Below, piece after piece: positions 29,381 to 39,395 of a stretch of 64,000 nt of DNA (its first letter is position 1; each line of letters begins with the position of its first letter). A program made the translations under genes and the position numbers. This DNA comes from a virus: positions 1 through 64,000 of IMG/VR virus record IMGVR_UViG_3300035684_000001; one strand, given 5' to 3'. The notes below the pieces were generated by a model. That model had not been told where the DNA came from and searched no databases. It saw nothing but the letters and a program-made list of their open reading frames with translations.

Positions 29381-29426
29381 ACAGAAAACCGATCTCCCAC
29401 AATTAAACGGGCGATCGGTTTTCTGT
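29381..29426. terminator. intrinsic terminator
   Basis: ACAGAAAACCGATC...GATCGGTTTTCTGT. Confidence 0.7.
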
Positions 29427-29436
29427 TTGATCTTTC

Positions 29437-30147
29437 TTAGATAACTGGTGGGGGAACGTGATTTGCAATCACACTGCTAACTGCTCGCAGAGGTTTGGGT
29501 TCATTTAATTTTATAGCAACTAAGCGCAGGCTGATAATTACTGCGCGATCGTAGTCCAGTTCCATCGGTAGCGCACGACCAAACTCTTGGTTCGATCTCC
29601 CGCTCAGACCCGTACCTCCAGCACCGCGCCTCATGCCAGAATCGATACTTTGTCCGCGACCGCCGCGACTAGATTGAAAACTCAGGTCTGTTGAACCACC
29701 GCGCTCGCCTCCCTTGAATCCCTCACTAATTCCTTTAGATCCTCGGTAACTACAATCCATATCTACGGCAGGTACTCCTGGATGGCGCGAGACTTTCTCG
29801 GGAATAAAAGTAACCTGAATTAGTCCCAACTCTTCTTTTGGAACAGAAACCAAGTCTGTTTGCACGGCTTCGCTTGAACCGAGTTCGTAAAAAGTAAAAC
29901 AACCGCGATCGTCAATTGAACGCTCAATCCTTCCAGAAGAATTTGCACTCAGTCGCCAAACGCCAACTTCTTTTCCATCTATTTTAATAGACACGTCGTT
30001 TTCTTCATTTATCTTGTTTGCCAGTGAGATTGCGTAGACATCGCCGTGCTTTAGGTAGACGTAGCCTTCCTCTTCTAGGTAATTAGTTGTTGATCGATTG
30101 CTAGAAAGTGGAACGACAATGTTTACTTCTTTTCCATTTAACTCCAT
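29437..30147 (-). CDS. conserved hypothetical protein with a Gly/Ser/Arg-rich linker
   Basis: GYVYLKHGDVYAISL...VSIKIDGKEVGVWRL...IER...FTFY...GLIQVTFIPEK. Confidence 0.65.
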   Translation of the reverse strand: MELNGKEVNIVVPLSSNRSTTNYLEEEGYVYLKHGDVYAISLANKINEENDVSIKIDGKEVGVWRLSANSSGRIERSIDDRGCFTFYELGSSEAVQTDLVSVPKEELGLIQVTFIPEKVSRHPGVPAVDMDCSYRGSKGISEGFKGGERGGSTDLSFQSSRGGRGQSIDSGMRRGAGGTGLSGRSNQEFGRALPMELDYDRAVIISLRLVAIKLNEPKPLRAVSSVIANHVPPPVI

Positions 30148-30333
30148 GTCAAATCTCTAACGATATTACCGAGTTTAGTCTAACACACATATCGTATAAA
30201 TAATCGATGTACGTACTAAATCATTAATTAGTCGTAAGTTTTGTTCACCAGATTTTGTTTAGTGGTATTCGTGCAAGTCATGCACTTGACACTTGTAGTA
30301 TAATTAACTTAAAACAAAAACAAAAGAGAGACA

Positions 30334-30975
30334 ATGCCTATCCAGACTATACCTACTACCAAGTAAACTTTCGACGAATTCGTAAACTGGTATCCAGAAA
30401 ATTTCTTGGCAAAATACGAGCTGCATGACGGGAAGATAGTTGAAATATCGCGAGGCTCGGGCGATCGCGCCGACATTTGTAGAAACATTCATGGCAAAAT
30501 AAGTCGTGAAATCACACTATTGGATTTACCGTATTTGATACCAGATCGCTGCTTGCTCAAGATACCGGGAAAAGATACTGTTTATCAGCCTGATATAGTT
30601 GTACTGGAGAGATCGACTTTATCTAGCGAGTTGCAGTGGCAAGAATTGTCCGTCATTTTAAATCCATCTTCAGTTCGGCTCGTTGTCGATTTAATTATTG
30701 ACGAAGGCTCCAAAGAAACTTGTCCTGATAAATGCTGGGACTACGAAGATATGAAGATTCCAGAATACTGGATTGCAGAATATCAAGATTTACCAGATCT
30801 TAAACGGAATGGTAAATCTGGACGCCCTTGCTTTACAGTTTCTTCCTTTATAGGTGGAGGTTATCAGGTGGGTGGAAATTATCAATTTAAAAAATTTACT
30901 GGTAACGAGGCAATCGAGTCCGTGGTTTTTTCCTATCTAAAGTCAACCGTCAACCAGTTTTTTAATCGCTCGTAA
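30334..30975 (+). pseudogene. second Uma2-family paralog with a nonsense codon
   Basis: Promoter and 5' end paralogous to 28242; the CAA codon of the paralog is TAA at 30364-30366, and the frame continues. Confidence 0.75.
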
Positions 30976-30998
30976 ACCAGTAAGCACAGGCAAAAATT

Positions 30999-31322
30999 AT
31001 GGCTCGAAACAAACAGCAAGAAGATTTTTCGTGGGAACTAGAGCGTCGCAGCGACAATATTTTTCCCGTTGGCGGCACATACTACAGCGACTACGCACAC
31101 GCAAAAGTCTCTATCTATAAAGGGAACTTAAATCAGGCATTAGAGGTTATTGCTAGTGTAACCGAAGAACCGCAAAAGTTCGATAAAACCTCAGTTCACA
31201 TCTGGCAAGTCAGAGAAGGAATAGAACCGAGTTGGGCTTTCAAGTTGCCCGCAAATACTCAATTGCGAGATTTAACACCAAACGATCTGCACTGCAACTA
31301 CGAGGACATTTTTGAAGACTAA
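30999..31322 (+). CDS. hypothetical protein
   Basis: 107-aa ORF. Confidence 0.55.
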   Translation: MARNKQQEDFSWELERRSDNIFPVGGTYYSDYAHAKVSIYKGNLNQALEVIASVTEEPQKFDKTSVHIWQVREGIEPSWAFKLPANTQLRDLTPNDLHCNYEDIFED

Positions 31323-31339
31323 AAAATTTACACAAAAAA

Positions 31340-31375
31340 GTCGTTCAGTGGAAATATCAGAAACCACTGAACGAC
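31340..31375. terminator. intrinsic terminator
   Basis: GTCGTTCAGTGG...CCACTGAACGAC flanked by A and T runs. Confidence 0.7.
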
Positions 31376-31510
31376 TTTGAGTTGTAAACACAAAACAAAA
31401 ACAATGAAAACAACAAACACACCATGCACTCAACAAGCTACTCGCAAGCCCAGTAAAATGTGTCGAATCGTTTACTAATCCACTATAGCAGCAACTACAG
31501 ATATTGGCAA

Positions 31511-32686
31511 TCAGCGAATCCAGTTTATTATCAAGCTCTGCTGTATTTCTAGCAAATTCCAGGGTTCGATCGCCAGCAGTTCGATCGCCACCCCAGTATC
31601 TGCGTGTTTCAGACTTACCCTCGGAACCGAGTAGCTGAAATTCGGTTGATTCTCAAGGGCGATCGCCAAAGTTCTAGGAAAAGTCTGATCGCCCCAAACA
31701 CCAAAAGGTGGGTTTACATTTGCCTGAATTGCTGTAGCTGCAAGGTTAAAAGCCTCGTTATTCGAGAGAGTCGGTATAATCCTCACATCTATTTCGCCGG
31801 CGATCGGGATAATTTCGGCGGGAATGACCTCAACATTAATTCCGTGCAACTCCCTGTCGGTCATCTCGGGCTGAATTAATTTGGTGATTCCCGGCGGGTA
31901 CACGGCGATCGTCACTAAGTTTGCATATTGCACCTTAGATCCCTTTTTAATCCTCGGGAGAAAAGCAACCTTTGACGCGCCTAAGTCTAGGGCAGCCCTG
32001 TAATAATCCCTGGGATTGACAAGATTTCCAGCGGATTGAATTGCTTGTCGAGCTCGCAGCATCGCTTCTGGAAGCGTCTCCGGTTCCTTCCCTTCAAACA
32101 GCACTTCCGTATTGGCGACCGAATCGATCCAATTTATATCTTCGGAGATAATAGAGTATTCGCCGGGCCAAATATTCGTGGATACCTTGCCGGGGCGATC
32201 AAGCCTGGCGGGTACTTCGCCCATATCGGAATTTTCATCTATATATAGATCGTAAATAGTCGTAGCAATTTCTCCGGCGATCGATTTAACCTCTGTCCCC
32301 AGCGGAACTTTTGCCGGAATGCCGGAGACAATTGCATCGGGCGATCGTCGAAATACCAAATTGATTACGGGTCTTTCCGCCAAGCCCATCTCAACTCCGA
32401 GCAATCGAAACCAGCGCACCCACAGGGAATCTGGGACTAAGTTGATTTCGTGACCGATTAAAGCGTGGAGGTAGGCGATCGCCCCCATAATTTGCCCGTG
32501 CGCTGACAAAGGATTTCTAGAGCTAAACGGTGATTCAACCCCATCGATTGACTGCGCCAACATATCGAGCGAAGCAGCGTGAATCTTTTCAATGTTGACA
32601 TTGTAGAGTTGAAACGAAGGAAGGATCGAGGGATCTTTTGCCAAGATCGCTTCTAATTGATAATGTCCAGAATATTTCTTAAACAT
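31511..32686 (-). CDS. baseplate J/gp47-like protein
   Basis: Flanks: VPLGTEV...ATT; GKEPETLPEAMLRAR; PRDYYRAAL. Confidence 0.8.
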   Translation of the reverse strand: MFKKYSGHYQLEAILAKDPSILPSFQLYNVNIEKIHAASLDMLAQSIDGVESPFSSRNPLSAHGQIMGAIAYLHALIGHEINLVPDSLWVRWFRLLGVEMGLAERPVINLVFRRSPDAIVSGIPAKVPLGTEVKSIAGEIATTIYDLYIDENSDMGEVPARLDRPGKVSTNIWPGEYSIISEDINWIDSVANTEVLFEGKEPETLPEAMLRARQAIQSAGNLVNPRDYYRAALDLGASKVAFLPRIKKGSKVQYANLVTIAVYPPGITKLIQPEMTDRELHGINVEVIPAEIIPIAGEIDVRIIPTLSNNEAFNLAATAIQANVNPPFGVWGDQTFPRTLAIALENQPNFSYSVPRVSLKHADTGVAIELLAIEPWNLLEIQQSLIINWIR

Positions 32687-33076
32687 ATTGATTTGTCACG
32701 AGAAACAATGTATTATAGTCCAAACTCAAACAATAAAACAATGGACTCAATAATGTTGGATAGAATAATTGAACGCAAAATTGCATTACTCATTCCAAAT
32801 ATTAATCAACTGACGATCTCCGAAATCAAGCTTTGCATTTTTGAAAACAGAAGACAAGAGACTCAAGCAGAAAATCTGCGAAGTGCGTGGCGCTGCGGTC
32901 AGTCGATAGATCCGTCCCTAACAATCGAGCAAGAATTTACTTTGCACAAAAGTTCAACGATTGACGCTAACTCTAGTATTGAAGAGTTGAAATCAATACT
33001 TATTAGAGAAATAGAAACTTCTTTGAGGAGACAATTGCAAACCGAATCTTGGATGGCTATCGGAGGGCAAGCGTAA
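32657..33076 (+). CDS. hypothetical protein
   Basis: ORF probably starting at ATG about 32740. Confidence 0.5.
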   Translation: MIMSRIFLKHIDLSRETMYYSPNSNNKTMDSIMLDRIIERKIALLIPNINQLTISEIKLCIFENRRQETQAENLRSAWRCGQSIDPSLTIEQEFTLHKSSTIDANSSIEELKSILIREIETSLRRQLQTESWMAIGGQA

Positions 33077-33561
33077 TGGGCGATCGCTTTGAAATTCCGG
33101 GATGCCCCGGATATAGTATAGACAAGTTTGGTAATGTTTATTCTAAAAAAGGAAATATCTTAAAGTTTCACCAAGAACGAAGAGGATACCGTCGGGTTTG
33201 TATTTTGAACAAAAAAGGTAATAAATCGCGATCGGTTTTGGTTCACCGACTGATGGCGGTAACTTTTTTAGGTTCTCCGCCGAGTCTTTCGCACCAAGTT
33301 CGACACCTAAACGGAGATCCAACCTGCAACAATATAGAAAACTTGGCGTGGGGAACTGCTAAAGACAATGCCAACGATAGAATTCGGCACGGGCGCAAAA
33401 CCGGAAAACCCTCTAGGTTCGGAATTCGAGAACGCCAAGAAATGCGTTCTTTGTGGAAGACTGGAATATCCATCAAGATTATTGCTACCATGTTTCAACT
33501 TTCAACATCCTACTGCCGAAAATTGATATACGAAACCGATCGCCCAACAACGTATGGGTAG
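33076..33561 (+). CDS. NUMOD4/HNH homing endonuclease
   Basis: YSIDKFGNVYS; VLVHRLMAVTFLG; VRHLNGDPTCNNIENLAWGT..DN. Confidence 0.85.
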   Translation: MGDRFEIPGCPGYSIDKFGNVYSKKGNILKFHQERRGYRRVCILNKKGNKSRSVLVHRLMAVTFLGSPPSLSHQVRHLNGDPTCNNIENLAWGTAKDNANDRIRHGRKTGKPSRFGIRERQEMRSLWKTGISIKIIATMFQLSTSYCRKLIYETDRPTTYG

Positions 33562-33904
33562 AACTAAGCGACGAGAAGGACACTGGAAAGAAGTCCTCTG
33601 GGCGCAGAAAATGCAGGTACGGGCGATTGGCAAACTTCCCAGCGCCGGGACGATCGTCCGCCAAACTGCTGCTTTTTGGGGAGTGACGGGCGATCGTGTC
33701 AACGAAAATATGTTGATTGCCATGCTCCGGCATCAGTACACCAATTACGATTCGCTGATCGAACAACTAAGAAAGAGGGTTGAAAAAAGAAAAAATCACA
33801 GGACGGTTTTTGCAGAAGCTTCAGAAATCCTCAAAAGTAATGCTAATATTGTTGCAAGGCGACTGTACAAAAAAGTGTTTGGATCAGCAAATAGTGGTCA
33901 ATAA
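33554..33904 (+). CDS. hypothetical protein (DUF2293-like motif)
   Basis: IAMLRHQYTNYDSL. Confidence 0.55.
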   Translation: MGRTKRREGHWKEVLWAQKMQVRAIGKLPSAGTIVRQTAAFWGVTGDRVNENMLIAMLRHQYTNYDSLIEQLRKRVEKRKNHRTVFAEASEILKSNANIVARRLYKKVFGSANSGQ

Positions 33905-34152
33905 AAAACCGGGGGATTTCTATGGAAAACCAAACAACAAAGAGCCTGGAAATTACTGTGGTAATTGTTGGAACAAAGTCGTAATTAAACCTGGTTTACG
34001 AGGTTCAGTATGGTTAGAAGCATTGAACCGGAAGCCTATAAGGCTAGGATATTTGTGCAAAAAATGTCGTCTAAATTTTGAAAACGATGATTCTTTAGGC
34101 GGTTCTGTAAATTAAACTGTTATTTGCCCTCTTGTGACTACATTTTAAAATT

Positions 34153-34629
34153 ATGAAAGCACCGTTTGACTTCTTTTTTGTGCCAAAAGAATACTTAGAA
34201 ATTGATGATATTGACGTTAATGTTCAACACCTTTTCGATAAGGTCGCATCCCTAGAATTTTATAAAGCGATCAGCGCAATCGCCGAAAGATACAATATTG
34301 ACTATGTGTTAACAAGAACCTGCGTAATAAAAGTTAAGAAATCGCAACCTACATCTACGCTCAATTTGTATGCAATTTGTAAAAATGTCTTTGAGGGTGA
34401 TGAGGAAGATAATTGGGCAGCGCGACACTTAATTCTGCGTGTATATCTAATGTGTAAACTTTACTTACGGTCAAAATATTGCTCATTGTTACATCGCCAC
34501 ACTGGTAAATGCAAATTTTCCTTTCGGACCAGGCTCAAACAAACTAACCAGTACGCACATTTCAGCGAAGTTAGTTGCGTGGAAGTAGTGGTCGGGTGCC
34601 CCCGGTGCTTCTATCCACCTTCCGTTTGA
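34153..34629 (+). CDS. hypothetical protein; 3' end overlaps terL antisense
   Basis: 158-aa ORF. Confidence 0.4.
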   Translation: MKAPFDFFFVPKEYLEIDDIDVNVQHLFDKVASLEFYKAISAIAERYNIDYVLTRTCVIKVKKSQPTSTLNLYAICKNVFEGDEEDNWAARHLILRVYLMCKLYLRSKYCSLLHRHTGKCKFSFRTRLKQTNQYAHFSEVSCVEVVVGCPRCFYPPSV

Positions 34630-36510
34630 CTGTCGATCGCTCGTAATGAAGTGATACAAAAAATTTCCTTTGTCTTTGGCATTGTAGCTCAAGTCTTCAG
34701 GAAGGTGGAACAACCCTCGGTAGATCCGATCGCGGACGCTATCTAGTCCAAAGGTGCGGTCGATCGAGTAGATAGTAAACTCGGTTTCTTTCGCCGTACT
34801 CTTAACTTTCCGGGTAGTCCGCTTGAACTGTTCCTTCATGGAAACTTGATCGAAAAGATAAACTTGCCCCTTCTTTTGAACCCGATCGCCCTTCTTGGAC
34901 ACGCTCGCTCCCGTCGGCAAATGCAGGAGTGCATACTCCGTGGCCAGTTGAATTTCCGGTTCGGAATCCATGCCGATTAAATCGACTTCGTACTGTAGGG
35001 CGATCGCCTCGGCATCTTGGATCGTTCCGAGTTCTCCAAACCAAATGTTGTTCACTCTGGCGGTTTTCCACCAGTCATTTTTAGAACCATGAAAATTTAG
35101 ATACCATTTTTGAACGATTCCGTAATTCGGTCGCCCCTGATCTAGTCCCAGGACGGTTAAAGTAGGAATTTCGGCAAAATCGGGGTGCGATCGCCCGACG
35201 CAGCTCAGGAGTCTGCCCAGGTCAATCTTGCCGCCGGACAGAGAAATAGATTCTCCGAGCCTCTGCTGAATTTCATCTCTAGGGTTGTCCGTTGTGAACA
35301 ACCGTCGCAATCTTTCAGGCGCAGAAAACAGCAAAGATGCCAGCACCGGAAATTCAAGGGCTACTGTTTCGCGAACAATTTTGCGTTCCCGCGTCACTTC
35401 ATCGTTTAAATCTCTCAATGTAACACCCGATCTCGTACAAGCAAATTTTCCGTCGGTGATCGCATCTCTCGGTATTTCCTCGGTGCAGGACTGACAGCCT
35501 ATATAAGCCGAGTCGATTGCCCGCTCCTTGTCGTCTCCTTGTAGTTGCCAGTCTTCAGTGTTTGCTGGATTGGGCGATCGGTGGAACCACTTCAGCGGTC
35601 TGCCCGCAATATCGAAAAATCGCAGTTCTTCCGTGTCGGACTCTTTGAACAGAGCCGGACGCAAAAAATTGCCAGACTGGTTTTCGGTAGAAAAAGGAAC
35701 TAAAAATTGAGCGGTTTGGCAGTGGGGGCATTTAACCAGCCACTGAAAGGAATATTTTGCCCGTTTCATTTCAGAGTCGAGAATCGATCCTTCGTAGGAT
35801 GGAGTTGAACCGGCTCGGACAAGTTTGGTCGGCATTCGAGACGCGGCCATCCGACTGATGGCAATATCAAGTACGCCCTTGGGCCACAAGCTAAATTCGT
35901 CGGCTAAAATCGCGCAAGCTGTAAACGATCTGAGCGTAGCTGGGGCTTGTTCTGCTACAGTCTTTGATTTGACGCAGGCATAGAAAAACGAAATCTTTGT
36001 GCCGGCAACCGTTATCGAGGTTTTGTTGTCTATGTCTTCGCGCCCTGTCGCCCCGTGCCGATCACGGTTCAATTTCTGAATTGGCTCGCAGTAGTCTAGC
36101 GCTGGCTGAATCCGGGAGCCAACCATGTCCCGAAGTTTTTGTTGTTCCTCAAATCCAAAACCGATGGGTGATCGCAGGTAGCCGGCATAGAATTCGGCTG
36201 TGGCGACCAATCCTTCAGAGTAACCTACTTGAGCAGCTTTTTTAATGACTTCTTTTTCTAGCCAGGGACAGCCTATTGCCAGATAAACCTCTTCTAAAAA
36301 TACCTCGTCCCAAGAAAGCGGTTCTCCAGAACTTGTTCGGTGGTGTTCTTTGACCCACTGCAAGTAAACGTCGCCTCCCCCGTCGTACCAGCTAGCGATT
36401 GCTGCTTCGCGGGCGATCGCTGTCTCATCGACAAACTTTTCTCTCTGTTTTTTGTTAGACTTTTTTTGGCGGGCGATCGCCCGCGAGGCGCGACCTAAAC
36501 TGGGAGCCAT
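34489..36510 (-). CDS. terL: terminase large subunit (GpA-like)
   Basis: KKAAQVGYSE Walker A; ILADE Walker B; AGSTP; CPHC/CQSC zinc motif; VLGLDQG nuclease; DHYFHA. Confidence 0.85.
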   Translation of the reverse strand: MAPSLGRASRAIARQKKSNKKQREKFVDETAIAREAAIASWYDGGGDVYLQWVKEHHRTSSGEPLSWDEVFLEEVYLAIGCPWLEKEVIKKAAQVGYSEGLVATAEFYAGYLRSPIGFGFEEQQKLRDMVGSRIQPALDYCEPIQKLNRDRHGATGREDIDNKTSITVAGTKISFFYACVKSKTVAEQAPATLRSFTACAILADEFSLWPKGVLDIAISRMAASRMPTKLVRAGSTPSYEGSILDSEMKRAKYSFQWLVKCPHCQTAQFLVPFSTENQSGNFLRPALFKESDTEELRFFDIAGRPLKWFHRSPNPANTEDWQLQGDDKERAIDSAYIGCQSCTEEIPRDAITDGKFACTRSGVTLRDLNDEVTRERKIVRETVALEFPVLASLLFSAPERLRRLFTTDNPRDEIQQRLGESISLSGGKIDLGRLLSCVGRSHPDFAEIPTLTVLGLDQGRPNYGIVQKWYLNFHGSKNDWWKTARVNNIWFGELGTIQDAEAIALQYEVDLIGMDSEPEIQLATEYALLHLPTGASVSKKGDRVQKKGQVYLFDQVSMKEQFKRTTRKVKSTAKETEFTIYSIDRTFGLDSVRDRIYRGLFHLPEDLSYNAKDKGNFLYHFITSDRQSNGRWIEAPGAPDHYFHATNFAEMCVLVSLFEPGPKGKFAFTSVAM

Positions 36511-36529
36511 AGGCTGTATGGTAAAATTT
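36450..36529 (-). repeat. about 80-bp direct repeat containing the terL start (copy 1)
   Basis: Near-identical to about 37215-37295. Confidence 0.8.
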
Positions 36530-36550
36530 AGTAAAGTTTAAGGAAACAAT

Positions 36551-37198
36551 ATGCAAATGCAAAAGGTCAAATTATTTTTTGGAATTCACGAGGTGGCAAA
36601 ATCACCGGAACATATTATAAGCATAGCTGATAGACAAAAAGCACTTGATACTATAAATGAGAGGATAAATGAAATCATGTCACAAAGAACTTCTAATTTA
36701 TTTTTGTCAGGAGTTATAGACCCTCTTGATAAATGCAGAGATTGTACTTGGTTTCACTTACATAGTAAATTTTGTGCTGTTGCTCCACAAAATTTAACAA
36801 ACACTGAATGTAAAGATCGCAAAACCCCTGAACTATCTTCCAGTATCGATCGCCTCGATTATTTAGAATCTCGATCGCCCGAAAGGATTGCATTAGTCCG
36901 AGATGTAGCTAGAAGAATTGGCAGAAGCCCGGAAGAGTTAGAGCGAAAATTTCACGAAGCTTGGGCAAAAAATCCAGGGTCGTTCGATCGGCAGACAATA
37001 GAAATACTGGCAGAAATAAAAAAGATTGGAGGTTATTCAATTGCTCAAGTAGAATTGATTGGTGATGGTATCAGGGGAGCTTCGCAACGTTTCACTACAC
37101 ACGCTCATGCTTTAGATGTAAAAAATATAGTTCTTGCTGGTCATGAATTTCACGATATTATTTATCAAATGCTTTTGACATTGCCAGGTTATTTCTAA
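36551..37198 (+). CDS. hypothetical protein lying between the two terL-start repeats
   Basis: 215 aa; CxxC...C...C motif. Confidence 0.6.
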   Translation: MQMQKVKLFFGIHEVAKSPEHIISIADRQKALDTINERINEIMSQRTSNLFLSGVIDPLDKCRDCTWFHLHSKFCAVAPQNLTNTECKDRKTPELSSSIDRLDYLESRSPERIALVRDVARRIGRSPEELERKFHEAWAKNPGSFDRQTIEILAEIKKIGGYSIAQVELIGDGIRGASQRFTTHAHALDVKNIVLAGHEFHDIIYQMLLTLPGYF

Positions 37199-37214
37199 GG
37201 ATGCAACTCTAAAT

Positions 37215-37295
37215 TTTTTATTAGACTTTTTTTGGCGGGTGATCGCCCGCGAAGCGCCACCTAAACTGGGAGTCATAGGCGGTGTAGTAAAATTA
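37215..37295 (-). repeat. about 80-bp direct repeat, dead-end copy of the terL start (copy 2)
   Basis: Encodes MTPSLGGASRAITRQKKSNKK versus terL MAPSLGRASRAIARQKKSNKK. Confidence 0.8.
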
Positions 37296-37316
37296 ATCAA
37301 TCACATACAAACTACC

Positions 37317-38300
37317 ATGTTAATTGGATTTAGTGTTGAAAACCACAGGTCTTTTAAAGAAGCGGCAAGCTTAGTCTCTATCGATGAATTAAAAAAGCCC
37401 CTAAAATTTTCTTTCCTTTTTGGTGCAAACAATTCAGGCAAGACTAATTTTATTCGGGCGATCGAAGCAATGACAATGATGCGATTTTGTCTTTTCTGTT
37501 GTTTGCCATTTAAAATGGACGACATATCTAAAAATGAGTCATCATTTTTTGAGATTGTTATTTTAGCAGAATCAGGCGATCGTATTCAGTATGGATTTAA
37601 AGTTAAAGATGATCGGATAGAAGAAGAATGGTTGTACAAATATCATCCTTCTGATGACGTAGATACGCCTATTATTTTGTTTGAAAGATTTGCTTTTGTT
37701 GCAATGGGACGGTATCAGGAAGACTTGTTGGATACCCAGCCATTTTTAAACAAAACATCAATTTTTGAGGCTAAGCTAGTTCGAGAATTTTTTGATTCAA
37801 TTTATTTTGCATTTTCTACAAATAAAAACGATCTTGACGAGGACATTTTTGACTTTGTAAATAACAGCCCCACGCTGAAATCTCGATTGTCCGATCTGAT
37901 GTCAAGGATAGATTTGCCAATTCCAGATTCTTCTTTGGAATTACCTACCTCAAGAGGATTTGATGAAGCTTTTGGATTTTTGAATTTATTGTTATTTGCA
38001 GAAGCAAAAAAAATCAAACTTCTTGCGATCGACAATTTTGGAGAAAACCTGCATCCACTCTTAGCGAGTGAGTTAATAAATATAGCAAAGTCGATATCAG
38101 GTTTGCAGTTAATTATCTCGACACATCAAACAAGGTTGATAGATGAAGTGTCGCCTTGGGCTATATGGTTTGTTGAAAAAGATAACAAACAATCGTCTAC
38201 GCTCACGGGACTTGTAGAATATAAACTTAAGCCCGACAGCATTTCACAAAAATATTTAAATGGATTGTATGGCGACACTCCATTTGTTACTATTAGGTAA
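37317..38300 (+). CDS. AAA_21/RloA-AbiEii-like ATPase
   Basis: MLIGFSVENHRSFKE; GANNSGKTN; LAIDNFGENLHP; STHQ; YLNGLYGDTP. Confidence 0.8.
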   Translation: MLIGFSVENHRSFKEAASLVSIDELKKPLKFSFLFGANNSGKTNFIRAIEAMTMMRFCLFCCLPFKMDDISKNESSFFEIVILAESGDRIQYGFKVKDDRIEEEWLYKYHPSDDVDTPIILFERFAFVAMGRYQEDLLDTQPFLNKTSIFEAKLVREFFDSIYFAFSTNKNDLDEDIFDFVNNSPTLKSRLSDLMSRIDLPIPDSSLELPTSRGFDEAFGFLNLLLFAEAKKIKLLAIDNFGENLHPLLASELINIAKSISGLQLIISTHQTRLIDEVSPWAIWFVEKDNKQSSTLTGLVEYKLKPDSISQKYLNGLYGDTPFVTIR

Positions 38301-38314
38301 TTTGTGAAAAAATA

Positions 38315-38965
38315 ATGGAAAAAATACCTTGGGACAAACCAATTCCGGGTGAGTCAGCAAAAGCTTACGAGGCTTTTTCGATTTACCGCGATATGGGGGT
38401 CGGTCGAAGTTTAGACTCTGCATGGTGGAGTTCGACGGATACAGGTAAGAAAGGGGAAGAAAAAGGAACCAAAAAAGCACCGGGAAATTGGAAAAAATGG
38501 TCTACACAAAATAAGTGGCGATCGCGCTGCAAAGCTTATGACGATCGCCAAGCTGAAATAAAACGCAGAATCAAAGAAGAAGAAGGAACCGATCAATACA
38601 GGACTGAAATAAGAGAGGACTTACAACTTCGCAGAGAAAGAATAAAAGCGTTAAGGCAAGAACAATGGGAAATTGGGTGCAAACTCCAAGAATTAGCAAA
38701 AGCCGGTATCAAAGCATTGAGTAAAACTCCCGATAAAATGTCTGGCGCTGATATTGTTAAAACATTGCAACTGGCGATCGAGCTTAAGAAAGAATCTCTG
38801 GGTGTAACTAAAATGCCGGCGTTGGAGGCAATTACCACTCTTGCAGATGAAGGTCTACTGCCACCAGAAATAATTGAGTTTTTTGAAGAAATTATAAACG
38901 AACCGATCGCCCTAACATCAGAAAAAATTTCCGAACTTTACATTGAAAGGCTAAAAAATGAGTAG
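38315..38965 (+). CDS. terminase small subunit-like protein
   Basis: PWDKPIPGESAKAYEAFSIYRDMGVGRSL...WSTQNKWRSRCKAYD. Confidence 0.65.
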   Translation: MEKIPWDKPIPGESAKAYEAFSIYRDMGVGRSLDSAWWSSTDTGKKGEEKGTKKAPGNWKKWSTQNKWRSRCKAYDDRQAEIKRRIKEEEGTDQYRTEIREDLQLRRERIKALRQEQWEIGCKLQELAKAGIKALSKTPDKMSGADIVKTLQLAIELKKESLGVTKMPALEAITTLADEGLLPPEIIEFFEEIINEPIALTSEKISELYIERLKNE

Positions 38966-39296
38966 AAATCTTTGCACTTCTAGTTGCTGCGAAAATACGG
39001 TCAGGCTTTCTGATTTGCGCGGACGGGCGATCGAGTTTCGACGGTATGGCAATGACCCGCCAAATATTGGTACTAGGTGGGATTGCCCTACCTGTCAGAC
39101 TGCATACTTTGCTATCTGGAGAGATGCTCAGTATTCTTGGAATCCGGGCGCGCGATCGCTGTTATCTCGAGGATTTGTGATAGATCTGAGTTACTACGAA
39201 TCATTCAACGACGAACACGGAGATTTATCCAGAATGGATAATCCAAGTCATCTATGTCTTGACGATGCAGAAGACATTCAAGAAATCTGGGAATAG
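38958..39296 (+). CDS. Cys-rich hypothetical protein
   Basis: 112 aa; CPTC motif. Confidence 0.6.
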   Translation: MSRNLCTSSCCENTVRLSDLRGRAIEFRRYGNDPPNIGTRWDCPTCQTAYFAIWRDAQYSWNPGARSLLSRGFVIDLSYYESFNDEHGDLSRMDNPSHLCLDDAEDIQEIWE

Positions 39297-39395
39297 AAAA
39301 ACCTTGGCAGGATCAGTGCCAAGGTTTAAGAAATGTATCGTCCGCTGCAAACGAAACGACAACTTATATTACCACAATTAGCACGGGTTTGTAAA

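Noticed and set aside
28242-30975. DGR template/variable repeat pair
   Set aside because: Differences are mostly synonymous and not adenine-specific; no reverse transcriptase is present
4810-32686. Stand-alone eCIS/tailocin locus
   Set aside because: Terminase subunits and a replication initiator are present and the tail genes are unclustered, which favours a phage-type element
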